From NCBI GenBank assembly GCA_040767525.1, contig JAXGOJ010000005.1:9613-73612 (forward strand): a stretch of 64,000 nucleotides of DNA. Reading direction: 5' to 3'. The position numbers were made by a program, and so were the translations under genes. Positions 8,865 through 18,598 of the stretch are shown piece by piece. How positions within the stretch are numbered: position 1 is the stretch's first letter; each line of letters begins with the position of its first letter. The notes under the pieces are model-generated. The model did no database searches. It saw nothing but the letters and a program-made list of their open reading frames with translations, and was not told where the DNA came from. This DNA is from Bacillota bacterium (GTDB taxonomy: Bacteria; Bacillota; Sulfobacillia; Fermentithermobacillales; Fermentithermobacillaceae).

Positions 8865-10220
8865 ATGGCCGCAGTCCCAGAAAACGACACAACCAATACC
8901 AGAGCAAAGTCTTCGGAACCGGCAAAAAAGGACATACTTTTGGAACTTGTAACTGAGTACGCTCAGTTTGCAACCATATGCACTGAACCGGCTATGATAG
9001 CCCTTGCAGCCGCCAAAGCCCGGGAGATTCTCGGGGCCATACCTGACAGAATTGAAGTATCCCTTAGCCCCGGGGTACTCAAGAATGCATTGTCAGCGGG
9101 CCTACCATGTGGAGACAGAAAAGGGCCTGATGTGGCTGCGGCTTTAGGAAGCACTATCGGTATTTCCGATGACAAAAGAGGGCTGCAGATTCTGGCAGGA
9201 GTATCACCTGGGAATATTGAGGCTGCGTATGAATACGTTGATCTGGGCAAGGTGTCCGTTTCGGCCGACAACAGCAAGGCCGGGGTTTACGCTTGCGTTA
9301 CGGCTATACACCAGGGCCATGTGGCCAGGGTAGTCATCAGTGGAAGCCATACAAATATTACTGATCTGGTGTTGGATGGCAAGAGCATATATGAGAAGCA
9401 CTCTTCTTCACAAGGTTTGTCCCTCCGGAATCTAAAGAAGCTAGGTTTTGAAGGCTTGTATTCTGCGTGTATGGATATTGATCCAGTTGAGATCAAATTC
9501 CTTCTTCACGGAGCTGAATCAGATTTGAGGTTAGCTCTTAAGTCCGGGGAAAAGCAAGCCTGCAGGCATTCTCTGAATGGGGTCAAGGATGGAACCGGGG
9601 CCTCCAATGAGCTGCCGTGTCCCGATTTGCATACAGATGATCTCATGTCACGTGTCCATCACCGAGTATTAGGCGCCATATCAGCCAGGATGGGCGGGAC
9701 ACCCTGGCCTGTGCTGACTTCCGGGGGAAGTGGGAATCAAGGAATCATGCTGGCGGTTCCCGTTCTTTGCGCGGCAGAGTCACTGCAGGTGGGCCGTGAA
9801 GACGCAGCCAGGGCTTTATATCTGGGGCATGCTATTAATTTGTACGTTAAAAGCTACATGGGTAGTATTTCATGTGTGTGTGGGGCTGTCAGTGCAGGGG
9901 CCGGAGTCGCCGCAGCTATCAGCTGGCTTCTGAGCAGGGATATTGGCCAGGTTGAGCAATCTATCAACATAGTGCTGTCGGCCCTGTATGGAATGATATG
10001 TGACGGAGCCAAGGCCAGCTGCGCTTTGAAGGGAAGTGTTGGGGCAATTCAAGGGCTTAACGCAGCCTTTATGGTATACAGGGGGCTAAGTGTTCCTGAA
10101 GGCGAAGGCATCATTGGTTCAAGCATTGAGGAAACCCTTGATACTGTTGGCTATTTGAATGAGAAACTGTTTTCGTACGGAGATAAGCTCATTTTGGATA
10201 AGGTTTTTGTAAATCGCTGA
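8865..10220 (+). CDS. Serine dehydratase alpha-like / L-cysteine desulfidase family protein (UPF0597, YhaM/CdsB-like)
   Basis: The family-typical C-terminal region is SALYGMICDGAKASCALKG. The likely start is ATG 8865 with RBS AAAGGAGAG, rather than the TTG at 8841 used in the ORF track. Confidence 0.7.
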   Translation: MAAVPENDTTNTRAKSSEPAKKDILLELVTEYAQFATICTEPAMIALAAAKAREILGAIPDRIEVSLSPGVLKNALSAGLPCGDRKGPDVAAALGSTIGISDDKRGLQILAGVSPGNIEAAYEYVDLGKVSVSADNSKAGVYACVTAIHQGHVARVVISGSHTNITDLVLDGKSIYEKHSSSQGLSLRNLKKLGFEGLYSACMDIDPVEIKFLLHGAESDLRLALKSGEKQACRHSLNGVKDGTGASNELPCPDLHTDDLMSRVHHRVLGAISARMGGTPWPVLTSGGSGNQGIMLAVPVLCAAESLQVGREDAARALYLGHAINLYVKSYMGSISCVCGAVSAGAGVAAAISWLLSRDIGQVEQSINIVLSALYGMICDGAKASCALKGSVGAIQGLNAAFMVYRGLSVPEGEGIIGSSIEETLDTVGYLNEKLFSYGDKLILDKVFVNR

Positions 10221-10287
10221 TACCAAAGGCAAAGGATTAGATTTCGAGATATGCCTGTCTAAGAGGTTTTTCCAGCAGCTGTTGTCG

Positions 10288-10316
10288 TTGCTTGCAGATA
10301 AATAGTTTGATATACT
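10288..10316 (+). promoter_or_regulatory. Sigma-A-type promoter candidate for tRNA-Val
   Basis: TTGCTT (10288-10293), a 17 nt spacer, then TATACT (10311-10316), about 90 nt upstream of the tRNA. Confidence 0.45.
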
Positions 10317-10407
10317 GTGTTTTGCGCAGGGGCTTTGGAAGTGATTATTATTCTGTTTCCTGCGCAGAGTTTAGAAAAGATTCCTGGGGTTTTGCATAGT
10401 CAGATCT

Positions 10408-10482
10408 GGGGACTTAGCTCAGCGGCAGAGCGTTCGGTTCACATCCGAAAGGCCACAGGTTCAAGCCCTGTAGTCCCCACCA
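10408..10482 (+). tRNA. tRNA-Val (anticodon CAC), CCA encoded
   Basis: Manual cloverleaf: acceptor GGGGACT/AGTCCCC, D stem GCTC/GAGC, anticodon stem TTCGG/CCGAA with loop TTCACAT, T arm ACAGG-TTCAAGC-CCTGT, then ACCA. Confidence 0.85.
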
Positions 10483-10717
10483 TATTATCTTCTGGTTTAT
10501 CTTCATTTTCCCTGTCTTTAAGCTTCTTCAATACTGCCCGGACTTTAGTTTACCGGCTATTCATTAGAAGTTTTTGTGGAATCTGTGAGCTCACCATAAA
10601 AGGCAAATTGGCCTTTGTTGTCGAAGAAAAGTAGTCAGAGTTTCATGGTTTCATCAAAGGAAATTCAATCGAAACGGGCAGATTCGTTCTTATTCCTTGT
10701 GCAAAGGGGTTGCATGT

Positions 10718-11497
10718 ATGCGCATAGTTGTACTCATGAAACAAGTGCCTGAGACAACCCAGGTGGAAATCGATCCTGAAAAAGGAACCCTCAGGCGGGA
10801 AGGAGTCCACTCCCAGGCCAATCCCTTCGACCTCCATGCCCTGGAGGCAGCCCTTTCAATGAGCCAATCACTTGATGCAACCGTAAAGGTGATTAGCATG
10901 GGGCCTCCCCAGGCTGTGGCGGTGATCAAGGAAGCTCTTGCAATGGGGGCTAATGATGGCATACTGCTTTCGGACAGGGCATTTGCAGGCGCCGATACCC
11001 TTGCTACCGGTTTTACGTTGAGCAGAGCAATTCAAATATGTGGGTTTGATCTTGTAATTGCCGGGCAGCAGAGTACAGATGGTGATACAGCCCAGGTAGG
11101 GCCGTGTGTAGCCGAGTTTCTGGGCATTCCTCATGTATCTTATGTTAACCGTATACTGTCCTTCAACAGCAAAAACATGATTGTCGTTTCTCACATGGGT
11201 GACAGGCTTCTTACACAGGAAATTGAATATCCGTGCCTTATTACAGTTACGAGGGAATTGAACTATCCCCGGCTTCCTTCGTACATTAGGTGGAAGGAGA
11301 GCCGGCACCGTCAGGTGACAGTGTGGGGACACGAGCATATTGCAGCAGACGGTGAATCTTATTTCGGTTTGGATGGGTCTCCTACACGGGTCGAGAGAAT
11401 ATTTCCGCCGTCTAGAGAGGCCAAGAGGGAACTCTGGGAAGGCGATGTGAGATTACTGGCAGAAAGATTCTGCAATTTTCTCAGTAACAGGGGGTGA
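10718..11497 (+). CDS. etfB: Electron transfer flavoprotein subunit beta (EtfB/FixA)
   Basis: MRIVVLMKQVPE... start, which is typical of EtfB. DGILLSDRAFAGADTLAT and QQSTDGDTAQVGP motifs. Confidence 0.9.
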   Translation: MRIVVLMKQVPETTQVEIDPEKGTLRREGVHSQANPFDLHALEAALSMSQSLDATVKVISMGPPQAVAVIKEALAMGANDGILLSDRAFAGADTLATGFTLSRAIQICGFDLVIAGQQSTDGDTAQVGPCVAEFLGIPHVSYVNRILSFNSKNMIVVSHMGDRLLTQEIEYPCLITVTRELNYPRLPSYIRWKESRHRQVTVWGHEHIAADGESYFGLDGSPTRVERIFPPSREAKRELWEGDVRLLAERFCNFLSNRG

Positions 11498-11501
11498 AGG
11501 C

Positions 11502-12800
11502 ATGGGAAGTATCCTAATTGATAATTCTGTGTGTAATTTTTGCAAGCACTGTATAGATATTTGCCCTTTCGGAGCCATCTTGGTTCAGGACGGGAAAATT
11601 GATATCTCTGATGACTGCAGAATGTGTCTCCAGTGTGTGAAACAGTGCCCCCAGGGGGCTCTTTCGGCGCCTGAAATGAAAGCCGGTGTAAAGAAGGGTG
11701 CCGGTGACCTGTCAATCAAGCCCCTTTCAGACTACAAGGGTGTGATGGTGTTTGCAGAATTCAATGGTGGCCGGTTCAGTCCTGTGACTTTCGAGCTTAT
11801 TGGCAAGGCCAGGGAGCTGGCAGGCAAAATCGGGCAGAACGTCCTGGCAGTTGCAGCAGGGACCTGGGTGACGGGCCCTTCAAAGGAACTTTTGGATTAT
11901 GGTGTGGACAAGGTTTTGGTGTATGACCATCCTGCCCTAAAGCACTTCATATCTCCTTTATATACAGATGTTCTTCAAGACGCGGTGGCCAGGGAAAAGC
12001 CCGGTATCTTGCTTATTGGCGCAACTCATTTGGGAAGAAGTCTTGCGCCAAGGTTGGCGGCAAGGCTAAGGACAGGGCTTACAGCCGACTGTACTTTTCT
12101 GGATGTCAGGCCCAACGGTGATCTGGTTCAAACCAGGCCCGCTTTCGGCGGAAACATCATGGCTACTATTCTGACTCCGGGACACCGGCCCCAGATGGCG
12201 ACAGTCAGGCACAAAGTAATGCCTGAGGCTGAAAAGGTGTCGGAACCGGCAGGTGTCTTGATTCCCATGGAACTTCAGGGCATCCTTCAAACAGGCCCTG
12301 AAATTGCTTCCAGGCCAGTTAATGGAACATCCCCTGAAACAAGCCAGGAACATGCTTGTATCGTTGCCGGTGGAATTACCCTGAGGAAACAGGCATCACA
12401 GGTGAAGGTTTTGTGTGAGTCTGATCTACCCCGGGCTGAGTCAATTGCAGGTGCCAGGAGTTATCGTAGCTGTAGGCAGAGGCCTGCGATCCCAGGACGA
12501 TATACCCATGTTCAACGCGCCGCTGAGAGCATAGGGGAATGCTTGCCCGGTGGGCAAGGCCTTTTGGTGGAGAAGGGATGGTTTTCACCTCAAACAGGTT
12601 GACGAGCAAGCCGGACAAGAAGCCGGCGCTTGCGCATTACGTATTTCAAAAGCGTTAAGCAATTGCGGAATGGATATGCTGAAAGAAGGTGATTTTTGCG
12701 ATCAACAGTGACAAAGAAGCACCTATTTTCGGAAATTGCCCGTTATGGAATAGTGGCAGATATGTACGAACTGAAATGACATTAAAAATCCCTTTCCGGG
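11502..12800 (+). pseudogene. etfA: Electron transfer flavoprotein subunit alpha with an N-terminal 2x[4Fe-4S] ferredoxin domain. The C-terminal third is frameshifted from about 12370.
   Basis: Two CxxCxxCxxxCP motifs lie at the N-terminus and the Etf alpha core follows. The conserved FAD-binding tail appears only in other frames (IVVAVGRGL..., AINSDKEAPIF at 12698-12730). The end coordinate is approximate. Confidence 0.75.
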
Positions 12801-12839
12801 TTGCCAAAGCCCTTGAAGAAGCAGCTGAATCCGGCAGCA

Positions 12840-14289
12840 CTTATTTTGCTGCTGGTATTGGGCGTGAAAGGCCTTCAAGAGAACTTTGGCCAGCGGATTG
12901 CTAAAATGTTTAAGGTCAGCCATTCCTCGCGTACAGCATAAGGACATTCATGAACTTGTAATGATTTGTGGCCCGGGAATGTTGTGATTGAAGGGCCGGT
13001 TATTGAGGGATTGCCTCACGATGAGACGAGCCTGTGCACACCAGACGTTGTGGTATTTCATCTACGGCCCAAGAGGTTTCACAGATTATGAAATATGCTC
13101 ATCAAGAAGAATTCCTGTAACCCCTCGTGGTTCAGGAACAGGCCGTGCGGAGGGGCGCACTGCTCAGGCGGTATCGGGAACAAGCTTTCCAGGATGGACA
13201 ATCCCGAGGTAGACCGCGGCATAACTCCGACTATGACAGGTTGAGTCCGGAGTTCTTCTTGATGACAGTCCGGCGAGACGGCCAGAAATCATGGTTATCT
13301 TTATGCGCCGGACCCAGGCGAGAAGACAGCCACCATAGGAGGAAATATCAGCACCAATGCAGGGAGGATGAGAGCCAATAAGTACGGTTCCACCCGGGAT
13401 AATATCCTTGGCCTTGAAGTGGTCTCGCTCCGGACGGCCAGAGTGTGTTTTTCAGGAAACAAGTAAAAAGAGCACCGGCTACAGTTTGATGAACCCTGCA
13501 ATAGGGAGCGAGGGTACTTTGCAGCGGTGACCTTCAAAGTTGCTCTAAACTTCTTCCTTACCTGCCCGTACTTTTGAGCCTTCTTGTACCGTTTAATTCC
13601 TTTCAAGATGGTGGTCCGCAGTACCCGGTATATTTTCCAGCGTTTCCGCCCAGTCCATTGAGTCATATATATAATGTCATACTTGCTGCCGAAGACTATT
13701 TGGGCAAGAAGTTTCCACACAACAGCCCCTGCTTATCTCATGATCCGGGTTGATGGAGGTTCCAGTGAAGTTATGACAAGAACAAGCAATGGAAGTGATA
13801 GGTATTTTGTGCCTGGGAATCGGGAGCCAGTGATGTTTTAATTGCCAACACTGTCGAAGAGCAGGCAATTTGGGATGGCCAGTGCTTTCCTTGCGGCAGT
13901 CAAAAGTGGCAATGAAATAGACGAATGTGATGTGGTTCTTCCCCGGAGTAAAATAGCGGAACTGTTGAGCATTCAAAAGAAGCATTCGGGGAAAGCGGGA
14001 ATTTGTGAACTGAAAGTTTTCGCCATGCAGGCGACGGTAATTTGCATATATATGTCAGTATGATGGCAAACCGGAAGAAGTATGGGAAGCGAAGCGGGAT
14101 CTTGCAATGGCTCTTCTGTATGAAAAAGGCCATGAACTTGGCGGCCTTGTCTCAGGCGAGCATGGTATAGGTTATTCAAAAAAGAAATATATGAGGAGCA
14201 CCCTTTCCGGTGAAGAAATAGAGTTGATGGAAATCTTGAAGAGAAGTTTTGATCCTTTGAATATTCTTAATCCTGAAAGTTGTGTGTAG
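12840..14289 (+). pseudogene. FAD-linked oxidase (GlcD / Etf-dependent lactate dehydrogenase-like) with at least 10 frameshifts. Only the last ~60 codons (14107..14289) are in one frame.
   Basis: Pieces lie in different frames: IPVTPRGSGTG (13111-13143), [19 protein letters not shown] (13308-13364), IGSEGTL, DVLIANTVEEQAIWD, NEIDECDVVLPRSKIAELL, HAGDGNLHIY and GEHGIG (14155-14172). The start coordinate is approximate. Confidence 0.75.
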
Positions 14290-14373
14290 GGTAGGAACCG
14301 CTGAACTCTCAAATAATAATCTAAATTAGCAAAAGCATCAGGCTAATAGAACGAGGGAAAGGCGGTTTCTTTA

Positions 14374-16689
14374 ATGAGCCGAAAAACGTTTCTCATGGCC
14401 TTACTGGCTGTATTTGTAGCAGAAACTGTTTTTTATCAAGGGCCGTACTGAGGCTGAGCATTACAGGTAATCTTGCCTCCTGGGTACAGAATTGATAGGT
14501 ACATAAGCGGCCTGACCTTTCCCACCGGCGTTGCATGGGATCGAAATGGCGTCATGTATGTTGCAGAGGCTGTAGTTGATGGCAAGATGTCCCAGGATTC
14601 CGGTGAAGCAGGTAAGGACGGGGCAAGCCGGGGAAGAATTATCCGGGTAAACCCTGATGCCCGCGAGGTATTCTTTGAAGATCTGCACTCTCCTGTTACA
14701 GATGTGAAGACAAAAGACGGGGTATTGTACGTAGCACACAGAGGGCATCTTTCAGTGATAAAAGACGGAGAGCGAATAGATCTGCTCAAGGGCCTGCCTT
14801 CAGGAGACCATTTTACAGGAGAGATTACGTTCGGTGTTGATGGCTGGGTGTATCTTGGTAACGGCACAGCTACCAATGCAGGCGTTGTAGGAGAGGATAA
14901 TTTCCAGAGAAAGTGGGCGGCAGCCCATCCCGGGCAACACGATGTTCCAGCAAAGGATATTGTTCTTGCCGGTATGAATTTTACCTCTTCTGACCCGGGA
15001 ACCTTAAATCCTTTTGATAAAGCTGTCACCGGTGGATTTCTGCCCTTTGGTACAGGCTCAACTCCCGGCCAAAAAATCACAGGTAAGGCAGAGGCCGGCG
15101 GCGCAATCTACCGGGTTAGGGAAGACGGAACTCAGCCCGGGGTATATGCCTGGGGCTTCAGGAACCCTTTAGGTATTGGTTTTGCCCCTGACGGCCAGAT
15201 GATTGCTGTTGACCAGGGGTATCAGGACAGAGGATCACGCCCTTTGGCAAATTCCCCGGACCCGGTTTACTGCGTCGGTAAAGATGCCTGGTATGGTTGG
15301 CCTGATTATGCCGGAGGAGAGCCTGTCACTGACCCAAAGTTCCTTTCTGCAACAAAGAGTGTTCCCTTGGCCAACTTGATGCAAGAGCACCCCAGGTTAG
15401 AAAAGCCAATTGCCCTATTGGAGCCTGGAACCGGTGCGGCGAAATTTGCATTCGCCCCGATAATTTTTGATAGTTCACGACGTATGTATGTGGCTGCTTT
15501 TGGACAGGGGGACATTGGGTCTGCCGAGTTCGGTTCAAAAGGGTTTGAACACGGCATTGCTTCTGTCATAACAGACAAGTTATCAAAACATCCTGGAAGC
15601 TGTGTACTTGCCCTTGACACAAAAACAGGCAAACACGAAGTCTTCGCCTATAACAAGTCCTTTGCACCGGCAGGGTCGAATCTTTCAGGGTTCAACCATC
15701 CTATTGACGTAAAGTTTGGGCCTGACGGTTCAATGTACGTTGTTGACTTCGGGGCTATCGAGAGCAACGGTAAAACCTACCGGGCTGTTCCAGGTACAGG
15801 AGCGATCTGGAAAATATCAATTCAGCGGTCAGAACTCAAGATTTTCCGGGAAAAGAGCACGGTTATTTCTCAAAGTGCAGCCGGCCCAGACGGAGATCCA
15901 GGGGGAAAGCCTGAACCATGGAACCCTGATTACACCGAATTTCGGGCAAGGATTCAAGACTACATAGGCCGCCTGGAAGAGGCGGGCCAGGAATGGGGAG
16001 TGTTTTTTAAGGACCTTACGTCGGGCAAGACCTTTGGTATAAATGAGGATCTGCAGGTACCGGCAGCAAGCACTGTAAAGGTGGCTGTTGTTCTTTACAC
16101 CAGTAATCTGGTATCCCGGGGGGAACTTACCTGGAATGAAAGGCTTACGTATTACTCGGACAGAGACTGGCAGGGCGGCGCCGGTACCCTTCAATACACT
16201 GCAAAAGACGGGGATACCTTTACCATAAGAGAACTGGCCGAAAAGGCAATTACGCTCAGTGACAACGTTGCATGGAAAATGCTTGAGGCCCGCCTGGGCA
16301 AGAATAATATCATCAATTTTATGAGAGAAATTGGCGGCCAAACAGTGTATCCCGGTGGACTAAATATCTCTACACCCAGGGATAATGCCACGTATATGGA
16401 AGCGGCCTTGAACTTTTCCAAAGCTAGCCCTGAAGGTGAGAAACTCATGTTCGACCTTGCCCATACCATATGGAACACTGGATTAAACAGGTACATAACT
16501 GAGGTGCAGGTGGCTCACAAAGAAGGCGACATAATGGGTGTGGCTGACGATGTCGGTGTGGTTTACGCAGAAAGGCCGTACATCCTATCATTAATGTCCA
16601 AGGGCCATGACGATGTTGAAGCAGGGTTTGAAAGAATCGGGGAGATTTCAAGGATGATATTTGACTACCAAAACGGCTTGTTCAAGTAA
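14374..16689 (+). CDS. Secreted two-domain protein. A glucose/sorbosone-dehydrogenase-like beta-propeller is fused to a class A beta-lactamase-like serine hydrolase domain. The signal peptide is in a separate frame (frameshift ~14440-14472).
   Basis: ATG 14374 after GAGGGAAAGG encodes MSRKTFLMALLAVFVAETV. The propeller region is similar to PQQ-dependent sugar dehydrogenases (...YAWGFRNPLGIGFAPDG...). The C-terminal ~240 aa have the SxxK (STVK), SDN (LSDNVAW) and KxG-like (KEGD) motifs. Confidence 0.7.
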
Positions 16690-16840
16690 AAGCCATTATA
16701 ACCCTGGATGGCCCTTTCGGGATTTTCAACTTGGCAGGGCTGGAGCTGTTCTGTTTTCCATAAAAAGCGAAGCCATTGGCGAATCTGCAATTGCAGTGTA
16801 TGATTTTGACAAGCCCGAATATACGAAAGGGGGTTTTAAA

Positions 16841-18193
16841 GTGGCTTACATAGAGGAATTTCTTGAATTCCTGGCGATTCCAAGTATCAGCGCACTTCCG
16901 GAGCACAAACCGGACATAGCCAAAGCTTCGGAATGGTTAAGGGCTAAAATGGCCCGTGCCGGGATCGAAGATGTTCAGATCATAACCGGCAAGGGGCATC
17001 CGGTGGTTTTCGGCAGAAAAAATGCCCTGGCCACTGATAGCAGCCAGGCTCCTACTGTATTGATTTATGGCCACTACGATACGCAGCCTGCAGATCCTTT
17101 AGATGAGTGGCTTTCGCCGCCTTTTGAGCCCGAGATCAGGGATGGGAAGATCTATGCAAGAGGTTCCGCCGACAACAAGGGCGGTGTTTTTCCTGCGATA
17201 CTGGCAGCTCAAGAAGCTATTGCAGACAATTCCCTGCCTGTTAACCTCAAGTTTTTGTTCGAAGGTGAAGAGGAGATTGGCAGTCCCACATTAAAGGCCT
17301 TGCTTGACGCTAACAAAGGCCTCTTTGAGTGTGATCTTGTTTTATCGGTAGACGGAGGCATGTACTCAAAGGATATTCCCTCGATCACCACAGGGTGCCG
17401 GGGGCTTGCTGCTATTCAAATAGAAGTCAGTGGCCCTGGGACCGATGTCCACTCAGGAGGGCACGGCGGAGCCATTCACAACCCTATTCATGCTCTTGCT
17501 GAAATCCTTGTTGGCCTAAAAGATAATGAAGGAAGAATTCTTGTAGAGGGTTTTTACGATAGTGTTACCGGGATTTCCGAAGAAGAACGCAAGAAGTTTT
17601 CGGAAGCTCCTTTTGACGAAGATGCCTACAGAACCCGGGTAGGAGTTCCTGCACTATTTGGTGAACCAGAGTACAGCTTAATTGAACGGATGTGGGTCCG
17701 CCCAACTCTTGATGCCAACGGAATTTGGGGTGGTTTTCAGGGGGAAGGTGTAAAGACCATTATTCCGGCCAGGGCAGGGTGCAAGATCACATGCCGACTG
17801 GTACCGGATCAGGACCCGGAAGATATATGCAAAGCTCTTGAAAACCACATAAAGAAGCATACACCAAAAGGCGTAGGAGTCAGTGTTACAATATTTCCGG
17901 GAAATTCCAAGCCTTATGTTATTCCTGACCATCATCCTGTGCTGCCGGTAGTTGCAGGTGTTCTCGAGGAATTGTACGGCCATAAGCCTGTTAATGTACG
18001 CCTTGGAGGAACGTTGCCCATAGCACGGGCATTTTTGGATATTCTCGGGACGCACCTGTTCTTTTTTGCCATGTCCAGCCCAGATGCAAATGCCCATGGG
18101 CCAAACGAATTCATCAGAATTGACGAATTCGAGAGGTTAAGAAAAGGCCTCAGAATATTCTGGGATAGATATGCTGCTTCTCAGAAAACGTAA
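16841..18193 (+). CDS. M20 family dipeptidase / metallo-hydrolase
   Basis: HYDTQPADPLDEWLSPPFEPEIRDGKIYARGSADNKG and EGEEEIGS motifs. The likely GTG start at 16841 follows AAAGGGGG. The longer ORF from 16661 overlaps the upstream gene. Confidence 0.85.
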   Translation: MAYIEEFLEFLAIPSISALPEHKPDIAKASEWLRAKMARAGIEDVQIITGKGHPVVFGRKNALATDSSQAPTVLIYGHYDTQPADPLDEWLSPPFEPEIRDGKIYARGSADNKGGVFPAILAAQEAIADNSLPVNLKFLFEGEEEIGSPTLKALLDANKGLFECDLVLSVDGGMYSKDIPSITTGCRGLAAIQIEVSGPGTDVHSGGHGGAIHNPIHALAEILVGLKDNEGRILVEGFYDSVTGISEEERKKFSEAPFDEDAYRTRVGVPALFGEPEYSLIERMWVRPTLDANGIWGGFQGEGVKTIIPARAGCKITCRLVPDQDPEDICKALENHIKKHTPKGVGVSVTIFPGNSKPYVIPDHHPVLPVVAGVLEELYGHKPVNVRLGGTLPIARAFLDILGTHLFFFAMSSPDANAHGPNEFIRIDEFERLRKGLRIFWDRYAASQKT

Positions 18194-18364
18194 GATCAAA
18201 GGCCAGGGCCATGCAGGTTCAAGCAGAGCCTTTGTGGCCCGGCCTTTTCCTGCTAATGTATTTGGCCAGACAAGACATGTAGCCCCGGCATCCCGGAGCT
18301 ACATGCTGTGAGGAGCAAGTGCCACTACCCTCCTGGAGGTCAAAGGCTACCGTTCCGTGTCAGA

Positions 18365-18445
18365 TTAATTGATCCCGAGTACGAGCAGGATAAGAATCAG
18401 GAAGATAATGAACGCCAGCTGGTTGTCAATGATCCAGTTTCCCAT
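18365..18445 (-). CDS. Tiny hydrophobic peptide (26 aa), YjcZ-like tiny-TM sporulation peptide candidate
   Basis: Not in the ORF track because it is under 60 aa. GGGGGAGGTGA RBS 6 nt before the ATG. It encodes MGNWIIDNQLAFIIFLILILLVLGIN and is a paralog of the adjacent peptide. Confidence 0.6.
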   Translation of the reverse strand: MGNWIIDNQLAFIIFLILILLVLGIN

Positions 18446-18514
18446 CCTTTGTCACCTCCCCCGTCTTAATGAGATGCAACTATCGTTTCGTGCCTGGACG
18501 CTGCACATGGTGTT

Positions 18515-18598
18515 TTAGTTGATACCCAGGATAAGGAGAATCAAGATTAAGAAAATCACAAATGCCAGCTGTTCGTTGAAGAGTGTGTTACCGGCCAT
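18515..18598 (-). CDS. Tiny hydrophobic peptide (27 aa), paralog of 18365..18445
   Basis: GGAGGGATATCC precedes the ATG. It encodes MAGNTLFNEQLAFVIFLILILLILGIN and shares the core QLAF(I/V)IFLILILL(V/I)LGIN with its neighbour. Confidence 0.6.
   Translation of the reverse strand: MAGNTLFNEQLAFVIFLILILLILGIN

Noticed and set aside
10317-10634. 105 aa ORF spanning the tRNA-Val gene
   Set aside because: The sequence folds into a canonical tRNA cloverleaf. The ORF is a by-product.
10483-10717. Possible integration site or genomic island border downstream of tRNA-Val
   Set aside because: No integrase. I saw no direct repeat of the tRNA 3' end. The flanking genes are ordinary metabolic genes.
14436-15080. 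Long antisense ORFs inside well-supported genes: 14436..15080, 15829..16341, 10868..11338, 17678..18097, 29382..29900, 29972..30475, 47722..48339 and 60097..60657
   Set aside because: Each lies opposite a CDS with strong motif evidence. They show low-complexity or Ser/Pro/Arg-rich translations and no start context, so they are shadow ORFs.
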